From contig CAVYQE010000001.1 of assembly GCA_963770565.1 (NCBI GenBank), positions 1 through 64,000 on the forward strand: a stretch of 64,000 nt of DNA. The letters are read 5' to 3'. The stretch is from an uncultured Actinomycetota bacterium. Lineage in GTDB: Bacteria; Actinomycetota; Actinomycetes; JAFAQI01. The notes beneath the pieces were generated by a model that made no database searches, had not been told where the DNA came from, and saw only the letters and a program-made list of their open reading frames with translations. A program made the translations under genes and the position numbers. Below, piece by piece: positions 34,373-45,409 of the stretch; the stretch's first letter is position 1; the number at the start of each line of letters is the position of its first letter.

Positions 34373-35524
34373 TCAACGTTCGTTTCCCGCCGCTTGCCGC
34401 ACCGGCTCGGGCAGTTCGTAGCCATAGCGCCGCAAATACTCGGCGCAGCGGCTGCGAATCTTGTCGATCAAGCGATCTTCCAGATCCCATTTGTTCGGTC
34501 GATAGCTCTTCACGCCGTCGAGATATTTCGCGACCGCGGGCCGCGCCGTTTCGAAATCGCCGAGTTTCAGCCGCTGATAGATCGCCTCAAGCTGAGGCAG
34601 CGGATCGGCCACGAGGTCTTCGTAGCGCAGTTCGTAGAAGTTCTCGTCGGGGATCAAGGCCCGCTCTTGCTCGAATCGCTCGTACATCAGTTCGAACATC
34701 TCGAACACGTGCTCTTCCAGCGGCCGTTCGCGGCGAATTTGCAGCGACACGGCGTCGTTCATCCGCGTCCACGTGCGTATCGCCGAGGGAATCACCGCCC
34801 GCGGATCGCGCACGATGTGGACGAATCGTGCGTCCGGATAAAGCTCGAGCAGCATCCGCACACGAGCCGTATGGCCGGGTGATTTGCAAACGATCCGGGC
34901 CGCCGGGTTTTTCAGATTCTGCCGCCGCATGAACCAGTCCAACGCTGCGAGCCAGCGCCGGCGTTTATCCGCGGGCAGTTTTTGCAGCGTGAGATAATCG
35001 GTGTGAAACGGGCGATTCGGAAATGCCCATTCCAAATACGGCGAACCGACCCCGAGGTTCATCAGCGCGAATTCGTCCTCTTGAGGCCGCTCGAAGCCGA
35101 ACGCCATTTCGTCCATCGGCCGCGTCTTGGGAATCATCCACCCCAGCCAACGGCCGAGCAATCGCGCGGAGAGCAAAAAATGCCGCGGGGCCATGCAGTC
35201 GTAGGTCGTGGGATAGATGAATCGCGGGTCTTGCACGAGCAATTCGTGCAACAGCGTCGTGCCGGTCCGCCAATGTCCCAGGACGAACAGCGGCGGATGC
35301 GTCAGGGGAGTGCGGCGGCGCTGCCGGCCGTAAACCGCTTCGCTGCTCCAGGCCAGCGCCAGATTGAACCAGGCGACGATCGAAATGACGATCGCCATCG
35401 GAATCCGCGTCGGCGAGACGGCGAATCGATTGTCGGCCAGCAGCTTGAACCAAACGCCCGGCGTCATCCCATGCCACGGGCGCGGCGTCCGCATCGGCAG
35501 CGTTGTTCTCTTTTCTTTGCTCAT
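34373..35524 (-). CDS. Sulfotransferase
   Basis: GHWRTGTTLLH, KSPGH, HIVRDP, LRYEDLV. Confidence 0.92.
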   Translation of the reverse strand: MSKEKRTTLPMRTPRPWHGMTPGVWFKLLADNRFAVSPTRIPMAIVISIVAWFNLALAWSSEAVYGRQRRRTPLTHPPLFVLGHWRTGTTLLHELLVQDPRFIYPTTYDCMAPRHFLLSARLLGRWLGWMIPKTRPMDEMAFGFERPQEDEFALMNLGVGSPYLEWAFPNRPFHTDYLTLQKLPADKRRRWLAALDWFMRRQNLKNPAARIVCKSPGHTARVRMLLELYPDARFVHIVRDPRAVIPSAIRTWTRMNDAVSLQIRRERPLEEHVFEMFELMYERFEQERALIPDENFYELRYEDLVADPLPQLEAIYQRLKLGDFETARPAVAKYLDGVKSYRPNKWDLEDRLIDKIRSRCAEYLRRYGYELPEPVRQAAGNER

Positions 35525-35884
35525 CTTCCGGTTCAAATTCGAATTGCCAAATCGAGTCGCCGGCGGCAGGGATCGCCGCCAGCGCGTCGGGACCGGCTGA
35601 CGTCGTGCGCCGCTGGGGCGGCCCGACTCGTCGGGTTGCTCCATTCTACCACGAACGGGGATCGCTTCGACCCGGCCGGTTTCCCAATACTTGGATCGGC
35701 GGTTGGCGACCTCCGATTGCCAAACTCCGCCATGCCTTGCCCGGATCGCCCTGCCGTTATTCTCTGCCAACGATCGGCGGAAACCGGGAAAGCTGAATGG
35801 CCCCGACTGGGTTTGGTGCAGCGGCCGCCGCCGGGAGGCCGAGTTGACTAAAGCGCGATGAGATGCGACCCGCCGCGCCCCCCT

Positions 35885-36313
35885 GGGCTGTGCAAAATCA
35901 GCCGTCCGAATGTTCAAAGTTTTTCCGCTTTTTGTTCCGCTCGGGCATGCGCGGCGTGGTCGGCCGAGGCTGTTTCGACAGCAATCAACCCCAACGGGGT
36001 TGCGGCCTCAGCCCAGGGTTGATTGCCGCAGGCAATCTACCCTGGGTTCGAATCGGCGCAACACCCTTTCAACCCCAACGGGGTTGGGGCCGACGTCGCA
36101 CGTCGGCGCAGGCCGCAACCCCGTTGGGGTTGTGAAGAAACAGGATTTGTTGCCTTTCGAACCCAGGGTAGGCCGCTGGCGCGGCCAACCCTGGGCTAGA
36201 GCCGTAACCCCGTTGGGGTTGAAGCAAGGCGCGGCAGCGTCTGATCGCGGAACAAAAACCGACCAAACCGCCGATTCCAATTCGACCTGAGACGGTCACA
36301 AATTTCACAGCCT
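35885..36313. mobile_element. Second copy of the 430-bp MITE-like element
   Basis: Highly similar to 32539-32968, same ends. Confidence 0.85.
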
Positions 36314-36427
36314 ACCCCGCCCCCCCCTCCCGCCTACGCGTGGCCGTTGCTCCGCCCCCTGGCGGCCGTTGCCCTTGGCGGCGCTCGACTACCACTCCCT
36401 TCCCCGCGACGAGGCCTTACGTTGCCC

Positions 36428-37211
36428 ATGCCTGCCCCCCTGCTGTCGATCTCGGTTGATCTCGAATCCCGTGCGACCAACGGTTCGATCTTTTCGGGCG
36501 AGACTTTGAGCTGGACGATTCGCCGACTGGTCGATTTGCTCACGGCCGAGCGCGTGAGTGCAACTTGGGTGGGCGCGATCCGGCCGGCTCGCAGGAAATC
36601 GGCTGGGCAGTCGAGACCGATTGCGGCCATGAAGCCGGCCTCTTGGCGGGCGAGGATTGGTCGGGGTACGAAAACGGCCGCAGTCGATTCGCCACGCAAT
36701 GCGTGCGCCGGATGCGGCAAGCGGAGCAGGCCCGCATCCCCCTGACGACAGTGGCCATCGCGGGGGGCGCACTGCGCTGCGCATTGGGAATTGCTCGTTC
36801 GCTTGGGGATCTCCGGCATCCTTGCCGATCGGCCGGCAACGATCGCGGCGCTTTCGACCTCGCTCGTCGCCCGGCGGAATCGCTCCCTTGCGATACGGTC
36901 TCTGGCAATTGGCCGACGACCTGCGATTCCAGGGAGCAGGCCGGCTGGGAGAGCGATTTGCCGCTCGCAGCATGTGCCGGGCGATCGATCGGCGGATCGC
37001 GACGGGAGTCGCGGGCCATCTCACGATCGATGCCCCGGCGATCGCCAAGCAATCGAGCACGAAACTCGACAGCTTACGCGACGTGCTGCGCCATATCGCA
37101 CGGCGCGAACGGGAAGGGCAAGTTCAAGCCGGCTCGGTGGCCCAAACCATTGCCCGCTTGGCCGCCCCGCGGCTGAGCCGCGCAGCCCACTCGATCCTCC
37201 GCGCAGCCTGA
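36428..37211 (+). CDS. Hypothetical, polysaccharide-deacetylase-like (frameshifted)
   Basis: LSISVDLE..LVDLL..SATW..GHE; C-terminus AAHSILRAA. Confidence 0.5.
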
Positions 37212-37264
37212 AAGAGCGCGCGAGGCTGCCCAACACGGCGGCGGGAGCGAGCCGCCGCGCCGCG

Positions 37265-37448
37265 TCAGGTTTGTTCTTTGAACGTGGCCCAGCTCAAGTA
37301 GCCGAGAATGGCCTGCGCAAATGATGGCGCCGATGTCCATGCCCATATTGGCGCGATCGAAGGGAAATTTGATCGCCGCGTCGAGCCCGAACAGGCAAAA
37401 GATCAATAGCGCGATCGCCATCCCGAAAATGGTCAGGGCCTTAGCCAT
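37265..37448 (-). CDS. Small 2-TM membrane protein (frameshifted)
   Basis: MAKALTIFG..FGLD..PF..MD..ILGYLSWATFKEQT. Confidence 0.7.
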
Positions 37449-37703
37449 CAGGTGCTTCCTCGAAGTCGGCAGACACAGCCGTGGTTCAAGCTATTCAGTA
37501 TAGTTGGACGAACGGCAGTGTCACCTGCCTGAATCCCCCATCTTTCCCGGATTGTAGCGGGCCATGATTCGCGGCTCGTCGCGGCCCTACCCACGATTTT
37601 CGGCCCCAGGGCTTGATTTGCTTTAGTCAACAGCTTACATAGCAATTGCTTACGGCAAAGGGGGTTGGCCATCCGAAAGCCGAAAATATCGAAAAAAGTC
37701 GAT

Positions 37704-38861
37704 ATGAACAGCTTAGCACCACTCTCCGACTCGGGTTGGGACGACTTTCGCCGGCAAATGCCGGCCGCCGCCGCTTGGGCCTATTTCGATCATGCGGCCG
37801 TGGCGCCGCTACCCGCCGCCGCTGCCGAGGCGATGATCGCCTGGTGCGGGATTCGGCCGCCCGCGGAGTGCGGGCTGGCTCGACTGGAAAGCCCGCCGAG
37901 AATCGTTGCGGCAGCGGGCCGCGAGCCTGCTCGTGTGCAGCCGGAGGAGATCGCCCTGATCCGCAGCACCACCGAGGGGATCAATCTCGTGGCCGAGGGA
38001 TTCCCTTGGCAGCCGGGCGATAATGTGGTGACGCTGGCCGACGAGTTTCCCTCGAATCTCTATCCGTGGATGAATCAGGCCCGCCGCGGCGTCGAGACGC
38101 GCCGCGTCGCCACCGACGAGGGGCGCGTCGATCTCGATCGGCTCGCCACAGCCTGCGACGAGCGCACCCGGATCGTCGCAATCAGTTGGATCGGCTATGC
38201 CAGCGGCTGGCGCAACGATCCGGCCGCCGTAGCGGAAATCGCCCATCGCCGCGGGGCGCTTCTTTTCCTCGATGCGATCCAAGGACTCGGCGCGTTTCCG
38301 CTCGACGTCGGCCGCGCGGCCGTCGATTTCCTGGCCGCCGACGGGCATAAATGGCTGCTCGGGCCGGAAGGGGCCGGCGTCTTTTTCATTCGCCGCGAGC
38401 ATCTCGAGCGGTTGCAGCCGATCGGCGTGGGGTGGAACAGCGTGGCCCAGGCGTCGGACTTCACGCACATCGAGTTGACCTTCAAGGATTCGGCCGCCCG
38501 CTTCGAGGGAGGCTCGTCGAACATGGTCGGCTTCGCCGGGCTCGACGCCAGCCTGGAACTGCTGCTCCGCTGCGACATCGGGGCGATTTCCCAACGCATT
38601 CTGGCCCTGACCGATCTCGCCTGCCGCCGCTTGGGCGAGGCGGGCGCGATCATCGCCAGCCACCGCGACGATCCAGCCCATGCCTCGGGCATCGTCTCGT
38701 TCGACTTGCCCGGCCGCGATTTGCCCGCCATCCGCCGCCATCTGCAAGACCGCCGGATTCTCCTCAGTTGCCGCGCGGGAAAACTCCGCATCAGCCCTCA
38801 TGCCTATAACAACGCCGACGACATCGAGCGGCTGATCGAGGAGATCGAAAACCTTGGATGA
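37704..38861 (+). CDS. Class V PLP-dependent aminotransferase (cysteine desulfurase-like)
   Basis: YFDHAA, DAIQ, ADGHKWLLGPEG, RISPHAYN. Confidence 0.92.
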   Translation: MNSLAPLSDSGWDDFRRQMPAAAAWAYFDHAAVAPLPAAAAEAMIAWCGIRPPAECGLARLESPPRIVAAAGREPARVQPEEIALIRSTTEGINLVAEGFPWQPGDNVVTLADEFPSNLYPWMNQARRGVETRRVATDEGRVDLDRLATACDERTRIVAISWIGYASGWRNDPAAVAEIAHRRGALLFLDAIQGLGAFPLDVGRAAVDFLAADGHKWLLGPEGAGVFFIRREHLERLQPIGVGWNSVAQASDFTHIELTFKDSAARFEGGSSNMVGFAGLDASLELLLRCDIGAISQRILALTDLACRRLGEAGAIIASHRDDPAHASGIVSFDLPGRDLPAIRRHLQDRRILLSCRAGKLRISPHAYNNADDIERLIEEIENLG

Positions 38862-38984
38862 ACCCGGGATAATCGAGCAGGGCTCGGCAAGGCCGCCGCG
38901 GCGCTTCGCAATCGCAGGCGGCTCGGCGCGCCGCAGCTCTCGAAGAATCCGATTGCACCTTCAGCCATTGCTCATCGACGACCG

Positions 38985-39242
38985 GCGCCCGGCACTGGCA
39001 GACTGCGCTTGCCAGTGGCACACGGCGCTCGGCGCATGATCGCCTTTCGCTTCCGCGAAAGAATGTGCGCTCTTTCGCGGAGCGAAAGGCGACAATGGCT
39101 CGTCCGGCACGGACAACCGCGCACGTGTGCCACGGGCAAGCAACGTCTGCCCGTGCTGCGCTGCCGCTCGCTCTCTACTCGCCGCTCATCGACAGCCGGC
39201 GCCCCCGGCACTGGCAGACTGCGCTTGCCAGTGCCACCCGCC
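38985..39242. repeat. Cluster of different REP-like palindromes
   Basis: cactggcagactgcgcttgccagtg twice; tttcgcttccgcgaaag..ctttcgcggagcgaaa; cacgggcaag..gcccgtg. Confidence 0.7.
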
Positions 39243-39248
39243 GGGTGA

Positions 39249-39966
39249 TCAACGACGGGCGTCTCGCTTCGCGTCTTCCATCGGCTTTGATCCGTAAACA
39301 AGCTTTCGAAGCCGCTCCGTTGTCGTATCATCATCGAGGAACTCCACGTCGCCGTTCCAATGCAATACCATAGCCCCACCGTTGTGGCGGCTCGAAATCG
39401 ACAGCAACTTGGACTTGTCAACCCCGAGAACGGCGTCGGTCGCGGCTAGATCCCGGGGCTCCGACCAAGCGATCCGCGAGTTCGAGACCTCGGTGACCGC
39501 GACGGTGTTCCGCAGGTTGCGCTGTCTTCCGCGCCATCGGTTCGTTCCAAACTGTATTTGGCCCGACGATAGCGAGGTAGGAAACCGAAGAGTCACGGCG
39601 GTCCGCGCTGGGGCAGCGGAAGACGCTCGGCATCTCTCCAATCAGGGCTTTGTTGTGCGGTCCGTTCCATGGTTCGTCGAAGCGATACCGTTCGAACAAC
39701 GGTATCTGCCCCAGATACGGTAGTAGTAAAGTACGCCAACTGTGTATAGGTTTTCCGCTGCCATCGACAACATCGGCCGGCGGAAGCATGCCGTGGTCGA
39801 GACGGTAGGCGCGGATAGCCATTCCGATCAGGGCTAGATTTCGCTTGCACCTGTTGCGCGCGTCGTTGTCATCAAGCGGCGAGCGCAGATCGACGACGAT
39901 CAGGCCTACCCATATCGCGGCAGCCGCAACGCCGAGTAATGATCCGATTACAGCAAGCCTTTTCAT
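39249..39966 (-). CDS. DUF1559-domain protein (frameshifted)
   Basis: CKRNLALIGMA..HSWRTLLLPYL..DEPWNGPHN..WSEPRD..HNGG..GDV. Confidence 0.85.
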
Positions 39967-40192
39967 GAGCAACCTGCGAACAGCGAATGAATGCCGTCCT
40001 CGGTATAACTAACACGACGGCAGTGCCATTCCAGACAGTCACCGATTTGGCTATTTGACCAGAGCGTGGGCAATTGGGCAAGTTCGTTGCGAGCGCTGGA
40101 GCGGCGGATTTTAGCGGCGCGATTGGAGTGCGATTCGCCGGCGGCCGAGCCGACGGCGCATCGTGAGCGGATTGAAGGCTGACGCCGGTTCG

Positions 40193-40333
40193 GGCGACCT
40201 TCCAGCCCGTCACCCTTTGCCCTCGCTTCCCCCTTCGCAATCTGCTCCCCTCGCGACATCCCCGCCATGGCTCGAAATCAGCTCGCCTCCCCTCCCCGCC
40301 GCGCTCAAAACGTGTCTGTCTGGACTGGTTCCC
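40193..40333. repeat. ~140-bp conserved segment ending in the GTGWCTGTCTGGA motif, copy 1
   Basis: Direct repeat of 41496-41640. Confidence 0.8.
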
Positions 40334-40383
40334 AGATTACGTAGGATGCTCTTCCGCCTTGATTGTGACCCCCTCTAAAATGG

Positions 40384-41205
40384 TTATTCGCCGTCGGCAC
40401 TGTCCGCTTCGGGCAAGATCATACACCCCGGCAGACGCGCACCGAGTTCCTTGAGGCCGCTCTTGGTTATCCGCGTGCGGTAGACCTCAAGTCGCTTCAG
40501 CCGGCGGAGCGAGCAGATGTCGTCGATGCACTTGTCGCTGACCCGATCTCTGTACAAGCCGAGTTCCTCGAGGTTTTCGAACCGACGGAGAACCTTCCCG
40601 GATCGGTCGGTGATCGGTGCATTGAGATCAAGAATGCGCAATGTCCGTTGGCATGCGAGGTATTCAAGCCCGGCGTCGGTTGCTTTGGTTGCCCGCAGCC
40701 GGAGAACCTCCAAATGCTTGAGAGCAGCGAGCCTTTGCATTCCCGAATCGGTGATGTTTGCTCCTCCGATGCCCAGGCCTTTGACCGTGGTGAATCGACA
40801 GATTTCACCGAGAAGTTCGTCTGTGACGCCGTCGTCCATTCGGATACAGGCAATGTCCTGGAAGTAGTCGTCGCCGAGCGCAACGAAGCCACTTGGGCGC
40901 AGGAGGGCCGACGGGCCACTTTTGAGACGTCGGATTGATCGGACTCGCGAGAGGCTCGTAGTTCGGATCATAATAGGGACGATGATTCGTATACGAGGGG
41001 TAGTCAACAAGCACGCGCCATGGATCCGGTTCCCAGTCGTAGGTGATGCGCCCATCGAGTTGGCGAATCTTCTGGGAAAGGCGCGCACACTTCTGCCGTG
41101 CTTCGTGACGATCCCAAGCGACACTCCGATCGCCGTCGTCACCAATAGCAACGTGCGAAGGCTGAATCGCGGCCGCCGCAATCTTCGGATGAATGAACTC
41201 CACAT
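40384..41205 (-). CDS. Leucine-rich repeat protein with RFSLRTLL N-terminus (frameshifted)
   Basis: ITDSGM..L..L.VLRL..TDAGLEYL repeats; LPGCMI C-cap. Confidence 0.85.
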   Translation of the reverse strand: MWSSFIRRLRRPRFSLRTLLLVTTAIGVSLGIVTKHGRSVRAFPRRFANSMGASPTTGNRIHGACLLTTPRIRIIVPIMIRTTSLSRVRSIRRLKSGPSALLRPSGFVALGDDYFQDIACIRMDDGVTDELLGEICRFTTVKGLGIGGANITDSGMQRLAALKHLEVLRLRATKATDAGLEYLACQRTLRILDLNAPITDRSGKVLRRFENLEELGLYRDRVSDKCIDDICSLRRLKRLEVYRTRITKSGLKELGARLPGCMILPEADSADGE

Positions 41206-41495
41206 GCCGCACCTATCGGCTACGCGCCGGGATTGATCTTGCACGATGCAATTATGTACGACAAGTTCGTCCGGCGCCAATCGCACTGAAAATAAACGTA
41301 GCCGGCGTTCTTGCCTTTCCCCAGGTACTGTTCCAGTGCAAACCAGTTGGGTAATGTACTTCGTCGCGACCCCCGGTTGATCCTGGATCATGATTTGGGG
41401 AAGCGGAGTATTGAAGAATTGGGCGTCGATCACGTCCGTGTCCTTGCCTTTGCCTTTCAGTTGGGCGGCGAAGGCTTTCTTGTCGTATGCAAGAA

Positions 41496-41640
41496 GGCGA
41501 CCTTCCAGCCCAGCCGCCGTTTTCTTTCGCCTCTCAGCTTCCCGCTCTCCTCCCCTCGCGACATCCCCGCCATGGCTTGAAATCAGCTCGCCGCGCGCTC
41601 CGCGGCGTGGTCAATATGTGACTGTCTGGACTTGTTCCCC
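41496..41640. repeat. ~140-bp conserved segment, copy 2
   Basis: Shares ggcgaccttccagccc, tcccctcgcgacatccccgccatggct, gaaatcagctcgcc, ctgtctggact with copy 1. Confidence 0.8.
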
Positions 41641-41817
41641 CATTACCATCATCCGAAGTCGCCCTAATTCCAAGCTGACGGCCAGCAACTGTGGTTTTTG
41701 ACGTTCTTGCAACGACTTATCACTCGGGACTTATACACCATAACCGTTCCGGTGATCGCCAGCCAATCATTTCAACCACGCAGATCGCATTGTTTTGGGT
41801 ACACCATCGAGCGCTTC

Positions 41818-42554
41818 TCACCTCACCCGCCCGAGCACATGCACAAGCACATTTGACGCTTCGTCAATTGGCTGAAACTGCAGCGAGCCGAATTCGCTAA
41901 TGACATCCAATCCGGCGGCGACGTAAGCGGTCAGAAGTTCATTCCGAGTTACGAGCGCGACACTATACTCTTCACTGGCCACAATCGCGCCGGCAGCGCT
42001 GCGATAGTCCACATGGCACGTAGACGTCTGGCTGATCCAATCCCGAGTACACCTAAACTCTACCACAACCGGCCCAATAGCTGGCATATCAATCAGCTTC
42101 CTGGCGCTCGTAGTTGCTTTTGCCCAATTGTCGAAATCGTGCATAAACTGTACAACAACGATCCGACCGTGTTTTTCTAAAAGCGATCCAGCTGCGATAA
42201 GCGCCGCAATACGATCATTCACACCTATAAACTCGGAAATCACGTTGAACGCAAAAAGCACAAGGTCAAACGGTCCGTCAAGACAGCCAGTTAGAAAATC
42301 GAAGCACTTCACCGTCACGTGTGACGATTTAATCTGTGCGGCGGCATAATCAGCTCGTCCACGATCTTTTTCGATGCCGACTAGGTCGATCTCAGGCAGC
42401 CGTTCGCTAAGTGCCGACAAAAGTCTGCCCGTGCCACAACCAATCTCCAATACACGTCCGCATTCTCGGCTAATCTAGTCAGCGCAGATATGTCGCTTGT
42501 AATGCCCGCCATCCGGCAGGCAAAATAGTCGATGGCATTCGGAGAATGGCTCAC
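41818..42554 (-). CDS. Class I SAM-dependent methyltransferase, AT-richer (one frameshift)
   Basis: LEIGCGTGR, FDLVLFAFN; AAGGAG RBS before GTG. Confidence 0.85.
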
Positions 42555-43008
42555 CGTATCGCTCCTTTCAATCAAATTGCTTCTGGTTAACGACTGTAAC
42601 CGCGAGCCTATTTTTACACCCAGCAAGGCCAACGGATCCAGTTCGGCGTTTCACACTCGTCTGCGATGCTCGTTGTTCGCTCGGTGCGACCACGCCATCC
42701 ACGCATAACAATCGGGCGTAACTCGCATTCCGTGTCCATCTATTCTTACCAAGGTTCCAGACGACGCCATTCCAGACAGTCACCCATTAGACCACGTTGC
42801 AGACGCGAGGCAAGTTTGTTCCGAGCCTGGGAGCGGATGATCGCGGCGGCGCACGGGCCCTTTCAGACCGGACCTTTTCAGACAGTCACTTTGGCACGGT
42901 TTTCTCACACCGGCCCTTGCCTCACCTCCGCAACTTCGTTGAATCGGTGACTGCCTGGAGCTGCTTCTCGTGACTGTCTGGAACTGCTTCACGCTTTCCG
43001 CGCCACGT

Positions 43009-43575
43009 TAGTGGCCAAACAGGCGTTCCCCCGGCAAAGGGCCGGGCGGGGACGCCGCCGCTCCACCGGCCCCGTGCCGGTGGACGGAAACGTTTGGTCA
43101 CTACAACGCCTCCGCTTCACGCTTTCCGCGCGACGTTAGTGGCCAAACATGCGTTCCCCCGGCACAGGGCCGGGCGGGGACGTCCCCGCTCCACCGGCCC
43201 CGTGCCGGTGGACGGAAACGTTTGGTCACTAGTGGCCAAACATGCGTTCCCCCGGCACAGGGCCGGGTGGGGACGCTCTCGCTCCATCGGCCCCATGCCG
43301 GTGGACGGAAGTGTTTGCGCGCTAGTGGCCAAACATGCGTTCCCCCGGCTCAGGGCCGGGCGGGGACGCTCTCGCTCCATCGGCCCCATGCCGGTGGACG
43401 GAAGTGTTTGCGCCACTAGTGGCCAAACATGCGTTCCCCCGGCTCAGGGCCGGGCGGGGACGCCCCCGCTCCACCGGCCCCGTGCCGGTGGACGGAACCG
43501 TTTGGTCACTAGTGGCCAAACATGCGTTCCCCCGGCACAGGGCCGGGCCGGGACGCCGCCGCTCCACCGGCCCCG
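43009..43575. repeat. Tandem array of ~93-bp palindromic units (5 full plus 1 partial)
   Basis: tagtggccaaac..gtttggtcacta arms with an internal ccaccggc/gccggtgg hairpin. Confidence 0.92.
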
Positions 43576-43756
43576 GGCAGCGCTGAGAGTGGGGCAATTG
43601 CCCGGTTCCCCTCTCGACTTGCCCCCGGCGGCGGGCCAGAATGAGGCCGAGACTTCAGCCCTCGCGAGCGGGCCGACGGGCGCGTCCCTTGGCGAGCTGT
43701 CTGCCGGCGCTCGGAGTGAAGCCCCCCGGAGCCGTCGCCGCCCGTCCGAGATTCCG

Positions 43757-45409
43757 ATGCCGAAAGCCACGAGTTACGACGAAGTCCCCTATCCGCGATT
43801 GGCGTTTCCGCTCACGCATCCTTCGCATTTGGGCACGATTGGGCGGCTGTTGGGGATGGCGCCGGCCGCCGTCGAATCGTGTCGCGTGCTGGAACTCGGC
43901 TGCGCGAGCGGCAGCAATCTCGTGCCGATGGCCTATGGTCTGCCGCAGAGCCGGTTCGTGGGGATCGATTTGTCGGAGCGGCAGATCGCCGACGGCCAGC
44001 AGTTCGTCGCCGCGCTGGGCTTGAACAACGTCCGCCTGACGCGGCTCGATATCCGTCAAGCCGGCGAGCAATTGCAGGCCGCAGGGCCGTTCGATTACAT
44101 CATTGCCCACGGCATCTATTCCTGGATTCCCGATCCCGTGAAAGACGCCTTGCTGGCGGCTTGCAACCGGCTGCTGGCGCTCAGCGGGATCGCCTATGTC
44201 AGCTACAACTGCTATCCGGGCTGCCAGGGGCGCGACATGCTCCGGCAGATGAGTCAGTACCACGCCCGCCAGGCCGCCGGCCCGCGCGAATATGCCGCGA
44301 TAACGCGGCAGTTTCTCGAGTGGCTGCGCCAGGGGCTCGGCACCGGCGACGACGCCTATCGCGGCGCGCTGCGGCAGCAGGTCGAGGATCTCGCGCAAGT
44401 GCCCGACGAGGTGCTGTTGCACGACGATCTCGAAGGGGACAACGACCCGCGCTTCTTCCATCAATTCATGGCCCACGCGGCGGAGCACGGCCTGCGCTAT
44501 CTAGGCGACGCCTACTTCGGGCAAATGTTCGGCGCCGGGATCCAACCGGCGGCGCTGGAAAAAATCCGTCATGCGGGCGATCGGCTGGCCTTCGAGCAAT
44601 ACCTCGACTTCCTCTACGGCCGCTCGTTGCGCACGACGCTCTTGTGCCGCGCGGAAATCGGAGTGACCGGCGAGATTGCCTCCGAAGGAGTGCGCCACCT
44701 TTGGATCGCGGGCGCGGCGCGGCCGGTTTCCGCGACGAACGTCCCGCTCGACCTGGCGTCGCTGCGTTTGGACGGCGACGCCCCGATCGTTTTTCGCAGC
44801 GACGAATGCACGCTCTCGGTCGCGACGCCGGTCGGCAAGGCCGCCCTGTTCGAACTGGCGCTGGCCGCGCCGAAACCGATCCGCTTCGAGACGCTGCTCG
44901 ATCGGGTGCGGATTCGGCTGGCGGCCCAGCCGGCGGCCGCGGGCAGTCCGCCGCCTGTCCAGCCGACCACCGAGGGGAATCGCGCCGCGGCCGCCGCGAT
45001 CGAGCGGCAGTTGATCGAAATGACAGTCGAGTGGTTTGCCATGCGGCTGCTGGAATTGCAGGCCGCCTGCCCGCCGATCGCGACCGAGGCCGGCGCGCGG
45101 CCGGTGGCCAGCGCCGTTGCGCGGCATCAAGCGGCGCGGGGCTGGTGGCGCGTCACCAATCTTTTTCACCGCCGGATTCGGCTGGATGGCGAGTTGGGCG
45201 GGCGGATCATCGCGTTGCTCGACGGCCGCCACGATCGGGCCGCGATCGTCGAATCGCTCGTCGAGCCGGTCCGGAGCGGCCAAGTCGTGGTCCGCATCGA
45301 CGGTCGATCGCTGAGCGATCCGGACCGGATTCGTCCGCTTTTGAAAGAGCGGATCGAGGTCTGCCTCGAGGATTTCGCCCGCCATGGATTGTTGATGGAG
45401 CCGGCATGA
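43757..45409 (+). CDS. SAM methyltransferase with regulatory domain, Rickettsia PKMT-like, paralog 1
   Basis: SYDEVPY..VLELGCASGSN..FDYIIAHG..SW..SYNxYPG..EQYLDF. Confidence 0.88.
   Translation: MPKATSYDEVPYPRLAFPLTHPSHLGTIGRLLGMAPAAVESCRVLELGCASGSNLVPMAYGLPQSRFVGIDLSERQIADGQQFVAALGLNNVRLTRLDIRQAGEQLQAAGPFDYIIAHGIYSWIPDPVKDALLAACNRLLALSGIAYVSYNCYPGCQGRDMLRQMSQYHARQAAGPREYAAITRQFLEWLRQGLGTGDDAYRGALRQQVEDLAQVPDEVLLHDDLEGDNDPRFFHQFMAHAAEHGLRYLGDAYFGQMFGAGIQPAALEKIRHAGDRLAFEQYLDFLYGRSLRTTLLCRAEIGVTGEIASEGVRHLWIAGAARPVSATNVPLDLASLRLDGDAPIVFRSDECTLSVATPVGKAALFELALAAPKPIRFETLLDRVRIRLAAQPAAAGSPPPVQPTTEGNRAAAAAIERQLIEMTVEWFAMRLLELQAACPPIATEAGARPVASAVARHQAARGWWRVTNLFHRRIRLDGELGGRIIALLDGRHDRAAIVESLVEPVRSGQVVVRIDGRSLSDPDRIRPLLKERIEVCLEDFARHGLLMEPA

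Noticed and set aside
39249-42990. Canonical integron
   Set aside because: No intI and no convincing RYYYAAC..GTTRRRY attC pairs found by eye
43094-43756. Genuine 221-aa N-terminal extension or RiPP precursor of methyltransferase 1
   Set aside because: The peptide repeat follows from a palindromic 93-bp DNA unit; paralog 2 and the family start at the SYD motif
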